Part shown: in pieces, positions 12,100-24,800 of the stretch
Position numbering within the stretch: position 1 is the first letter of the stretch
Layout of the letters: every line of letters starts with the position of its first letter
Assembly (NCBI GenBank): GCA_043228905.1
Contig: JBHGNT010000003.1
Coordinates: forward strand, 21,266,001-21,330,000
Direction: 5' to 3'
Length of the DNA stretch: 64,000 nucleotides
From: Azolla caroliniana
Taxonomy: Eukaryota; Plantae; Polypodiophyta
The notes under the pieces: generated by a model
Databases searched by the model: none
What the model was told of the DNA's origin: nothing
The model's input: the letters and a program-made list of their open reading frames with translations, nothing else
Position numbers and translations under genes: made by a program

Positions 12100-14235
12100 G
12101 TTTTCAAATCTTACTATCCTCATTAATTTACCACAGTCATTATCAAGCCATGGTATTAGTGATCCATTAATTTACTACAAATACTTAATTCTTAGTCTCT
12201 ACTTCAACAACATACCAATTGAGCTCTTTCTCTCCCTCCTAATAACTTGTCACACCTAATTTTTCTTGTTGAATCCTGTGTGTGTGTTTGGCCATTGGCT
12301 ATTTCTCTCCTTCCCAACAATCACTCATTATTTTCTCTATTGAAACCTCTTTTTTGCCCCATAAATAGTATTGCACCAATTATGGAAGTCAAATTTACAA
12401 CAATACATGGACTATGATATCATGTCAACTCACCACAAAATTAACGAGGATTCTCACGATATCCCTCATCTCCATCTAGATACATCCATGGCTATGGGGC
12501 TATATAGTCCCATGCGGTAAAGATCAATGCAAATAATGGACACGATGCCTTGCCATCCTACAAATTCCTAATTCCTCATGTGCAACCTCCCAAATGTTTC
12601 CAATAAGGATAATTGCCATTCCAATATACCTTTTAAATGTTGAATGTGTCTTTCATCCCCATATTAAGCATAAAAACAAAGGCATTCTACATTTGCCAAT
12701 AAGGCCATAATCCCTACTAAAGGACTATCTCAAACTTTGGAGAAGACGTTATCAATTGCATACTACCAAACATCCATTGAAATGGAGATGTCAACACTCC
12801 ACTTATAGAACCCACATTGTTGAAACATATGGCATTGTAACATGGCATGCTCTACGATTGGACTTCAAATAAGATCAAACCTTTATATAAAAGTAGAGAT
12901 ATAAATAATGTAAACAACTACTAAACTATCATGGTAGGCTCACTAACAAGACTATTTGGATGTATAATTGCATGAAATATAAATGCATGGGTTGAAAAAA
13001 AATGATAAGAGAGGTTATAGACAAGATGGCACTCGAAAATACAATAGGACCATCAATCACCTTGCCGCCTTTCAAATATTAATGGAGGAAAGTTTATTGA
13101 GAGGTAACGATTTATATTGTTGCTTCGTAGACTTTAAGAAAGCTTTTTATATGGTACCTCTTTAGCATATTTGGAGGCAAATGGAAGAATTCAAGATGTC
13201 AACTGAATATATGGGTGCAATTTCTTGAATCTATGGGAAAGTTATATGTTGTATGCATGAGGGTAATGTAATTTTAAATATTTTTAATAACACTATTGGT
13301 GTTAAGCAAAGATGCCCATTCTCACCAAGTCTATTTTGGTCTATGCATTGATGAATGAGAAGAAATAGTTGCCAAGTTTATAAAAGAAGATGGTGTTGAA
13401 GAAGTTGTCATTGGTAATATAGTCATAATGCTTTTGTTGTATGCGAATGATGTAGTGTTTTTTGCAAATACTTTAGGAGGTCCAAAAGCTTATTAGGATA
13501 TTTGAAGAGTTGTGCATGCATATTAAGTAACTACATGTCAACAACTTTACGACACAATTTATGCTAATGAAGAGCCAAGAAGAAGATAAAACATGTATTA
13601 TGTACAATATTGAACTCACTTGAAAATGCGGAAAGCTTCAAATACCTTGGCCTTGAAGTTCCTTCGAATCATAGATGAAATGAATGTGCTACATGTCACT
13701 TGGTGGTGGAAAAAAGAGAATATTATGCATTTAGAACACATGCAATCATGTGGAAAATTAATTGTTGGATTCTCATGAAATACCTTTTCAACACTTTTGG
13801 TGACATTTATAATTCTTTATGGGGTAGACCGTAGAAGTATGGGGAGGCACTGTCCCTAAGTCTACTTGGAAAGAGTTTGAAAATGTCCAAAAGTAGTTTC
13901 TTACAAAGTGAAGAAACAAACACCATACATCCCCCTACTTCTTGAGATCATGGTCACATAAATTATTGTTGAATACATGTTTAAGGTTCAAAAAGAACAT
14001 TCATATCAACTTCCTAGAATCGCATGGGAAGCAAGATCAAATTGACTATAAAAGAAATTTTTTGTGTTCCAGTTCGACACAAGATATGGAAAATTGATTT
14101 TAAAGATGGGATGCAACACACTTGATTCATCACGCATCACTATTTTCCTCAATGAATGAGGCCTTTTTGCAATGCCAATGTATCATGACATGGGAAAAAT
14201 GTGAAAGCTCACGCTTCACACTTTATACTATATAT
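12100..14235 (+). mobile_element. Degenerate non-LTR retrotransposon (RTE/RTEX-like LINE) ORF2 with RT domain
   Basis: Fragments NNY*TIMVGS, LYCCFVDFKKAF, GVKQRCPFSP, LLYANDVV and FKYLG are LINE RT motifs, with many stops and frameshifts. The 5' boundary is approximate. Confidence 0.8.
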
Positions 14236-14760
14236 GGGAAGTGAAACTAATGTTATTTAATGCCATGGTAACACAAGTTTTATAGAGTAGAAGTGTGGGG
14301 AGACACTCTCTCTTCTAAATGCATGTAATGAGATTGAGAAGATTCAAAAGATGTTTTTTAGGAGACAAACGGGAGTTAAATCCACCACCTCCTCTCATGT
14401 TATGCTCTTGGAAACATGTGCTCGACCTATAGACACATTGGTGCTACATAGAATATATAGATACATTACAAAAGTCAAGAATATGCAAAACTAAAGATGA
14501 CCAAATCTTGCTTGGAATATTAGATGTAAACTACAAAAGAATCATGAGAGCAAAATTCTCTCAATTAGTTGGGTCATGTATTGACATCAAAAAATGGTTT
14601 AAAAGATGGGATGTAGAAGATCTCATAGAGCTTTCAAGTGATGTTATGAATTATGTAATTATTAAGGAAAGATTAATGGGAACCACTAATGAAGAAGTGG
14701 AAAGATGTTCAAAGGACAAAATTAGAATATTACATTGCCTAATGGTTTCAAATGCTTCAC
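14236..14760 (+). mobile_element. LINE fragment (family B), homologous to 51130-51650
   Basis: Clear nucleotide similarity (GTTATTTAATGCCATGGTAACACAAGTTT..., IKKWFKRWD.EDL.EL) to the copy at ~51130-51650. Confidence 0.8.
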
Positions 14761-15863
14761 ATCATTACATAAGAAGCTTCTCATCATTCTTATTTTAATT
14801 AACATAAGAGTCCATAGATATAGTTCCTCCTAACTAACTCGCACCATGCTCCATTCTTAATTTCAAGATCATGAGTGTAGACAAATTTGGTTTCCTAGAA
14901 TTAAACAAATGGGAGTGAGAAGCTTTGTTTGGGTGCCCCTTTATTACCTTATGGGTGTCCCAAAGTCGTGACATTGACTATAATGGTATCTCAATTTGCT
15001 ATTCTAGTGTGCTTGTTCATTCTTATGCATTACGAACAAGTCATACCTAGATCAACGCCAAAAATAACACTAAAACCTAAAAGCTTATCAACTAGGTGAA
15101 AAGCTCACTACCTAATTAGGTTTTCCTACCTCTCCCTTAATCAATACACCATGCATGTTCATTAAAGCAACTTCCTAGGTTTAATTGTCATAAAATTTAG
15201 TTGTTTATTTTAAATAATTAGTGGTCATATAGGATCAATCGATGTTGAGATTGAATGGAAAAACACTTTTTAAAATATAGTGCTTTCCCTCTTGGATCAA
15301 TTTATTGATTGTTCATGAGGTCCATTTTTGCAAGTTTTGGAGTAAGACCTGTGATAGATCTAGTTAAATCATCAAAACAACGAACTTACAAAAAACCAAA
15401 ATTTGAAATAAGACATGACACAAACCTACAAAAAAAATTTGACGAAGATCTGGTTAAACCATTGGACAAATATGCTAGATTAAAGTAGACAATAACACAA
15501 GCATTTGAAATGATCAAAATTGGGTAGGTCGCTTTGTGTGATTAGTATGGAAACTCCAATTATTTTAAAATGTTGCTCCTAACTTCGAAATTATCCAGGC
15601 TTGCAAATTTGAATACATACCAACAAAATGTTTTTGTTGAAATATCTTATCATGTCAATTCCTTGAAAATAAATCTGAGTCAAAATATCTTATTATGTCA
15701 ATTGCTTTAACAAAAAAATTCCTAGATAAGACTATTAAAAGAATAATGCCAAGTTCCAAGTACCAGTTTTTGTACCAGAATATGTGATGATAATTTAAAT
15801 TGCTCAGAAACAATAATATTAATAGAAAACAAGACCATTGACGGAAAAGATGAGGAAACCCAC

Positions 15864-18800
15864 CTACAAGAAGCTTTTTCCAGGCCGTATTCGGGGCCGC
15901 TTCGCATCTCGTTCATTCATCCAGTCTGAAAGGGACTGAAGGCCACGTGCACCAAAGTAAATCCCAGTTAATACTAGTAAAATTGACATTATAATAAGAC
16001 ACCATTTAACCAGCTGCCGTGAGATCTCCTGGTAAGCATCACATTCAAAGAAAAATTTGATCAAAATCTTTGAGAATATAAAACCAACCAATGTAGTAAT
16101 TCAGCAATCAGATTTTTAGATTTTGTGCATTCATTGCTCAAACTTCCAAATCACATAAAATCTGTGTTGTGTTATTATGGAAATCAATTGTTCACACATT
16201 TTTTGTATGGACATTGGTTGCTAATGCATGCATTTACAGGTGTCATGGCATTTGCACCATGAACCTTGTTGAAGTATATCACACGAGGAAAAGATTAAAT
16301 CTATATAAAACCTCCCCAGTATGTACTATGCATACAATATAGAAGAGAATATTTATCCACAGAAAAATGGAGGTGTACACATCATATGATAAAAAAATGT
16401 GATTCATTTAAAACAAAAGACAAAAAGATCAATTTATGGGGACAGATTTTAGAGTATCTGGAAAGAACTGCAGTGGCTCATAAAAAACCCTTGTTGTAAA
16501 AAACGGCACCTTGAATCTTGATTGCTGAACTTGTACATCTTGACCATATTGCTTGCGTCGCTTCGGCATCTTCTTCGTGGGCAGCTCCTGCATAGATTTC
16601 GTGCAAAGAAACTTGGTTCATTCTTAGAATTGTTTCATTCTTTTTAAGATGGCTCCCAGCTTACTTACAATACAAGCTAGTTTAAGAGGAAAGAATGTAC
16701 TAAGTACATTAAAAATTATCAAGTGAAGCAATACTATGTTTTAACAGGAATATCCATATTCACTTTTCCAAAATCTATTTGACTTATGAGTCCCTAAAAT
16801 TTTGGATAGTTTACCAGAATACCCCTAATTTTCCAAAAGTTACCAGAACACCCTTCTGTAGCAGCAAAACTTGTACCAAGGAGTGTTCTGGAAAACTGAG
16901 GAGTATCCTGTTAAGTATCCAGAACACTATTTATCCAGGTATAAACTTATTTCAAATGGTTATGTTTGCCTTGGATACTGGTGCTTTCCGGTGACGTAAT
17001 TCCTCCATCTCCTCTTTTGATCTGTGTTCTTCAGCCAGTCGTAAACAATCATCATCACATGCAAGTAGCCCCACACCCACTTGAACCTTCAAACCACGTG
17101 GTTTTGAATTGGTAAGGGCAGCTTGAACATCTGAACACATCCAATCCTTCTTTAACCGAAGACATGCACACCTAACTGTGACCTGGAATCATCACAGAAA
17201 ATTATGTTAGTATGTACGTGTTCATAGCTATCTAAAATTCATGTGGATCACCATGTGCGCAAATTGCTGTTTAGAATACCTAACATGGCACCCATGAAGT
17301 ACACATGTAACTGTTTATAAGCATGTTTGTTCGAAACATCTAAATGCATATATTTATGTGGCTATCTCATATTTATTAGTTAGAAGAAATAAACACAATA
17401 AAAATAGTTTGATGGAACCCACATGAGAATAATCAATCAGTACCTTTTTTCTGCAATTTTCAGCCATTTTACAAGGACCTGGATGACAGATATCTGAGCA
17501 AAGGTGCATGCAATTTGGTAGTTTTCTGCACAAATAGGAGCAGTATATACTTTTATAAAATGTTAATATTTTGCACTCATAACACATGAGAACATTGAGC
17601 TGAAATACAGGGAAATGAATTTGAATCAGCCTGCCTTATAATTTCACATTTATAGCCTAGGTTAATATCAGTGGATAAAAGTCACATATCACAAACACCT
17701 GAATTACACAACAAAATTCCAAATTTTAATCTTTTGTTAATGAGGATTCTATGCTTTCTACTTTGTATGCTATAAGAATTGATTTGCATCATTTTCCTCT
17801 AAGACACATTAAAGAGAGAGAATGCAACCAGCCTGGGAGCCTTCTTATTATTTGCTTTAGATTTCCACATCAGTCAGCCACTTCATAGCCACTGCATTAC
17901 AAATTTAGGGGACCTTGCATCGCATGCATGTAGATAAAAAGTACAAGCAAAAATTCCAAATTTTAAAGCATCCAAGTGACAGGGAACCTTCCATCACATG
18001 CACGTAGATAAAAAGTGCGAGAAAAAATTCCAAAATTTAATACGTCCAAGTGACAGGGGACCCTTTGCCCTTTGCTTTAGATTTCCACAGACCCGTATGA
18101 AAATAAAGAACCCAAATATACATGCTAATAGAGAAAGCTATTACTTTCGCTGTCAGCTCTTTATACTAAACATTGGTCACTGAGTGAGCATTACATCCAT
18201 ATGACTTGAATCTGTAGGCCATTTGACAAAGAAATATCAGGCACATTCACTGGTGAATAGTCAGAATTTACGAAGTATCCATTATTTAAGAGAATATCAC
18301 ATGAATCCCTTGTAGTAAGATTACAATAATCATGGGTTCAAACTTCAAAAATCTCCTGAAACGGATGACATTGATCATCACAAGTTTAACACCAACGAAG
18401 CAGAATCACACTTCAACAAATGGGAGGGAGTCTCACTCCCCATCTACTGAATAAGGCTGTAATTGTTGCTGCCAATGACAGAGAACTAGCACTTTTTTTA
18501 AGGGAAAACGGGCCTTTAATTGCTTATGCATTTCTAGGGTTTTTCCCTTCATTTCAAAATTGCCAAGGCTAGATGCTTGTGGCCCTTCAAAGAGTATAGC
18601 TCACAAATGGGGCTATCATCATGAAGACATCGAGACCCACTATGTTGTATGCCTATCACCATCAATGCAGCAAGATTGTTCAAAATGTTTGGGCTTACTA
18701 AAAGATTACATAACTCTCACCAATGGTTCAAACATGTGGGTAGAAAATTTTCATCTTTCTTTCACAGCAAGTCCTTCAAAGAAGGTCATGTAACACATCA

Positions 18801-21800
18801 TAGATTGTGAAAAAGACAATACATGCTCAAAGATTTCAAAAGTAAGATCAAATAAACAAAGTAATACGTTATGAAAAGACCTGTGACAAGGACCCCCACA
18901 TGACCGCTGTTTCTCCCTCTCTTCTTCTGTCAAACTGCTGAAAAAACTGCACTCAAAAGAACGGACAAGGGTTCCACAGTAGCACGACCGTTTTAAAGGA
19001 GCTTTGCATGGATCACAGACACCAAAATGGCAGGACTGAATACATGGATGGGGACAGGGAGGCATCCGTTTCTGAATATTAAAATGCAATGATAATTATC
19101 ATGTAATATAATTGATTTATTTTCTTTAAAATAGCCTATATGTTAGTTACATTAATATATGCATTAGGTACACATTATTTCGGAATTGCTGTGTGGCCTA
19201 AGCTAAAGAAATTACAAAAAAGAATGACTTATAATTTTACAAAATATATAGCAGATGTTTAAGCTACCTTTTGACAAGTGAGTTTGCACTGATCACACGT
19301 ATCATGTACATCCTCAGAGTCTATTAAAGGTTGAAGTTGAGAATTTGCTGTTCTTGGAACTGTGACATTGTGGCAAGACTTTTGGCATGTGTGATTTCCA
19401 CATGCAAGGAGGTTACCACACAGACTTGCACAAGAATAATCAATGCTTTGAGAGCATGCCATCTGTATAAAACAACACAGATTTTGAACATCAACCATAA
19501 TCAAAGAAGGGAAATCAAGAATCGCGAAAGTGCACCAAGTTTCTTACAATTCTCTCGCCTCCCATATGACCACCAAGACATTGCTTCAGGATTCGTTCAT
19601 TACATGGAGGACAAGGAATCCCCATGCTTTCTTTGTCCTCGTCTGGTTTCCTATGCTTCTTTCTTTGCCTCAATGTATACACTGGATTTGGAGGTGGTCG
19701 AGGACCATGGCACCTGGCATTATTACAACCCAAAATTTATGTCACTCCAAAATGTATGAAATTTGATTTTAATTTATGAAATTTATGTTATTACACAGAA
19801 ACCTTAATGTTATCTAAATGATCAAAGAACATCACAGGTCTCTCTGGCAATATCCTGTGGAAGATAGTAGAGATATAATGAATGCTCAAATGATAGTGGA
19901 ACAGATAGCTCAAGGCATGTTCCAATATTTATGTTCAAAGATGGTACATAAAATTAGACAAAGAAAGACTCTGAAGTCCTCAACAGTCTCATGCACACAT
20001 AAACAGTCAAAATGGGGTTTAAAAAGAGAAAGCAAGTCAACAAAATGTTTAAGTTCAATTAATCATCAAAACGAAGTGAAATACAGAGAAATAAGAGCAG
20101 ACTAAAAATCAGTTATTATTCAGCAATTATGCATGATACTCAAGCATACCGTTCTTTGCAGGTATGGCCACAAGAGAGCCTTTCATCACAAACCAAGTCA
20201 CATGGGGGACAAGCACCGTAATGGCATCGGTGAGGCTGTAAAATATGAAGAATATCAAAAGAACTTTTAAATTTCAAATACACCTTACAATGATGGTTTT
20301 GGTTTACACCTTACAATTCATGCCATGTTGGCATCGTGGCAAAACATTGCACCTTCTTGAACATCGAGGAGGTTTCTTGTCCTTTTCTGTGCCGCAAGGT
20401 ACCTATCATCACGAGATAAAAAGGAGAGTGGGTAGCTGAACACATATCTCTAACGCTTATAACAAAGGAATAAACTCACTTCATATGCTGTAGAACCACA
20501 AGCACAAGATATCCGCACAGATACAGGACAAGGTGCACACAGCCCTCTGCGAAAACAAACCAAAGAATATAATTCAAACCCCACTCTATCATTTGAACTG
20601 TGATGCAATTCTGTTGAGGTGGTTTGTGTTTTAGAAGTTCTGCAGTTGAAGAATTGAAAATCTACCAAGATAATATCTTTCAGAAAAATCATTTCTGAAA
20701 TGCTTTGATTTGAATCATTCCCTATGTAAAGTATCTAAAGATGGAAATGGTGCATGAGAAAACTCTTATACTATTTCATTTGGCCTTAAGAAAATAAAAA
20801 CAATCTGCAGTAAACGCATGGAATCATATTCGTATGAATCTGAATTACCACAATACCTCCACTATGTTACCCACGTTGTCTTTCATACATAATAACTAAA
20901 ATTTGGAAAACAAGAAGAAAAAAGTCAATCCAGAATTACCATGTGAGAACAGATTGAGCTAAAGGACATGTGTTTTATGTGTGTGGTCCCTTTTTGTATG
21001 GCCTTCCTCCCTAATAGATTGTCAATAAAATGAGTCTGCAATATATAATAAGAAGCCTTGCTCTAATCAGTGAATTCCTTGCAACAACTTCGTTGTGTTG
21101 ATATTGCAGAGAAAAAAGAACATTGTATCACTTGGAGTTCCTGAATGTGAATATGAGGATGTCTAGGAGAATGTTTCCTATTTTATCGATGGGTAGCACA
21201 CTTTAAAAGGAATCTCAATGTGAGTGGATGACTGGATATCCGGCTAAGAAAAAATACTGCAGATTATTGACATCATCTTAGCTTCCATGTTTGTATACTA
21301 GTTTGAATCTAATATTTTCCTTCAATTCCTACAGAAGGGACAAGGCTATTGTTAAATCCAAGCATGCCATTGAAGAACAAGAAGAATACCTATGACAAAG
21401 AGCAGGGCATTTGTGATTGCCACAACGAAGCCTTCTTCCACAAATCTGCAGGTATCCACGTTTTTATCAGTTCCAGCAACCATATAGCTCACATAATGAA
21501 AATGCAAATCACACTCCTGACTAAGTTTTCATACACATGTACACACATGAGCATATATCCATGTACATATACAGACAGACACACATGCACACATGTGCAC
21601 ACACACATATATATAAATCACATGTGCATGTTTCAGTTTCATAAATACTTGTTTATAATCTACCAATTAGCAAACAAAGTTGGATCAATAATCATGTATA
21701 TTTTGGCTTTTCTCAAGACAGATCAGCTTATGACATATATACATATATGCATATAGTTTCAGTTCCAGAAATACTTATTTCTGATTTTACCTATTAACAA

Positions 21801-24800
21801 ACAAAGTTAAACTAGAAGCATGTATATTTTGCCTTTTATACATAGAGATCAATTTATGACATATGCTCACACATTTTTCAACTTTAAAACAAATGTTGCA
21901 TACTGTACATATCTGTTCACATCCATATAATTTATTCTACTTTATTTTGATTATGCTGGCAACTCAACGACTCTTCAATGGTGATTCCATTGCATTCAAG
22001 GTCTTTTAGAAAACAAAAACATAAATGTGAGTATAATTATATGTGTTCTCAACATCAAACATTTAAGCATCGTAGCCTATGACTGTGGCCAACATTCTGT
22101 GGATCCTCAGCCCTCATGAAGTAGATGCAGTTTAAACAAAGAACCGGAACGTTCAATAACAATACATTGAAAGGCACTCCTGCCTTGCAGATCTCTTCAA
22201 TAGAAAAAAGCATCATCCACGAAACCACTAAACATAAGTGACCTAGGCAGAAGATCTAAGCAAAATGGTCATACCTATTAACCAGTTTCCTATAAGCTTG
22301 CCCATAGACAACCCAAAGCAACACAACCATAAGCCCTATTTAAATCAAGATGTAAAATTACTAGCAGTTGTCTCAAAGCTTGAGACAACACCAAATTCCA
22401 CAAAAGCATTTGGCTTGTAAGAAGGTTAATATATTAGAAATATTGAGAATCGAGTAGATAGGTATATAGAGTTACAACTGCAGAGATGGATATATGAAAA
22501 CAGAATTTCTATTACTTATGAGAGTAGTTCAAAATGGTAGTTTTCCCATGCGCTCACACCTTAGAGCTTAGATAGGATATGGACCGGCTCACTACAAAAT
22601 TAGTGGGGACTAATGATCAATCTGACCACTGTGTGAGAAAAGTGACTTATAATCTATGTTTGGTCTTAGTATAAATGTGCAAGTCAGTTGACAGTAGTGG
22701 AGATATTCCTTTTCTGTCAACTGACTTGTCATTTAATATGACCCAACTCCCTAGGTACAGGCTAGTGCTAGATAATACTTATCTTGAAGTCAATGACGCA
22801 TACTTCAAGACTAAGTACATCGTAACTTGCCCACAAAATATTCTAGCTGACTTGATTAGCCAATCCTTTTATCTATTTCTCTCTTTCCTAAATATATTGT
22901 GTCCTACGCATCTACGGTTTCCTAGATTAACACCTTATCGACCCATATGGTCGAGTTGCACACTAGCCGCTCCTCATTTGGGGCGCTATCACAAAATGTG
23001 CACTCTAAGAGCACATATGGGGATAGATTTACAACTTGGGGCTGATCATTGATTATATCTAACACGCCCCCTCAATGATCAACCCATTGAGTTCACTTGG
23101 AATTGGGCCAACACCTAGTCGTCGAAGGTGTTGTTGCAACTGTTCTGCTCCAAGCGCCTTTGTGAAGATATCTGCAGCATTTTCTGATGTTGGACAGTAC
23201 TCAAGCTCCACAATCTCATCATTTATTAGCTCCCGCACATAGTGATACTGAATCTCTATGTGTTTAGTACGTGCATGAAATACGGGGTTCTTGGCAATGG
23301 CCATGCAACTCTGATTGTCACACCTCAATACCGTTGCCGTCCTTATTGGGACTGCCACATCCATAAGGATTCTTCTTAGCCAAACTACCTCGCATGCCGC
23401 TATGCATGCTGCTTTGTATTCTGCCTCCGTTGAAGATAGTGCCACTGTTGGTTGTTTTTTACTACTCCATGAAACAGCTCCAGATCCTATTGAAAAACAA
23501 TATCCAGAAACTGATTTTCTGGAATCACTATCTCCAGCCCAATCGGAGTCGCAATATCCACTAAGTTGGTCAATTGTTGGCTTGTAGAAGATTCCATAAT
23601 TTAAAGTACCCACAATGTACTTTAATACACGTAGAGCAGCTTTCCAATGAGTCTCCTTCGGCTTGTTGCTGAATCGACTCATCACATTGACTGCAAAACA
23701 AATATCCGGCCTAGTGTTGCATAGGAAAATTAGACTTCCTACTAGTTGTCTATACTTCCTTATGTCAACCATTGGTGATGAGTCTTCTTGGGATAGCTTG
23801 CAGGTTGACTCCATTGGAGTCGACTTCGACTTGCTGTCCATCATCCCGAAGGTCTTCAAGATCTCTGTTGCATACTTTCTTTGTGACATGAAGATGCCGA
23901 CCGAGGTTTGCCAAACCTCAATTCCAAGGAAGTAGTGTAGAATCCCCAAGTCTGTCATTTCAAACTCAGTTTTCAAACACTCTTGTGTTTGGCCAATGCA
24001 CTCTTCATGGTCACCAGTAAGTACTAGATCATCCACGTAAATGATAATGATGACTTGTTTCCCGTCCTTCATTTTGACATACATACTTGCATCCGAAGCA
24101 CATTGCTTAAAGTCGATTGATTGTAAGAAGCTGTCTATCCTCTTGTTCCAAGCTCTTGGTGCTTGCTTTAGACCATATAGTGCCTTCTTCAGCTTGCAAA
24201 CTTTGTTTTCTGAATTCGGTATCTCAAACCCCGGTGGTTGTGTCACATATACCTCCTCCTTGAGATGCCCATTCAGAAATGCTGATTTGACATCCATTTG
24301 ATAAATCGGCCATCCTCTTGAAGCAGCCAACGCTATGACCATTCGAATTGTTGTCATGCGAGCTGTCGGGGCAAATGTTTCTTGTACATCGAACCCTTCA
24401 ATTTGGGAGTATCCTTGCGCTACTAGCCTGGCCTTGAATTTCTCCAAAGAGCCATCAGCTTTATACTTTACTTTCCATACCCACTTCGTGCCTATCACCT
24501 TCTTCTTTGTTGGCCTCTCTACCAACTCCCATGTGTCATTTTTCATGATGCTATCATATTCTGATATCATCGCCTCTTTCCACTTCGGGTCGGCCATAGC
24601 TTCCTCCACCGAGGTCGGCTCACTCACTGAGCCTATGATGTCCACCATCAGAGCCATGTTGACAATGTGGTCAGAGGTTCTTCCTTGCTCCTGTATTCTT
24701 CTTGATCTTCGTAATCCATCAGTTGAAGTTTCAGGAAACTCAACTTTAGGAGTAGGATCATTGAAGAGTTGTTGAGCCCACTTAGGTATTTTCTTTACAT

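Noticed and set aside
22675-23052. Identical 125-aa ORFs at 22675 and 27504
   Set aside because: They lie antisense within the two LTRs; the identity reflects LTR duplication, and there is no recognisable domain.
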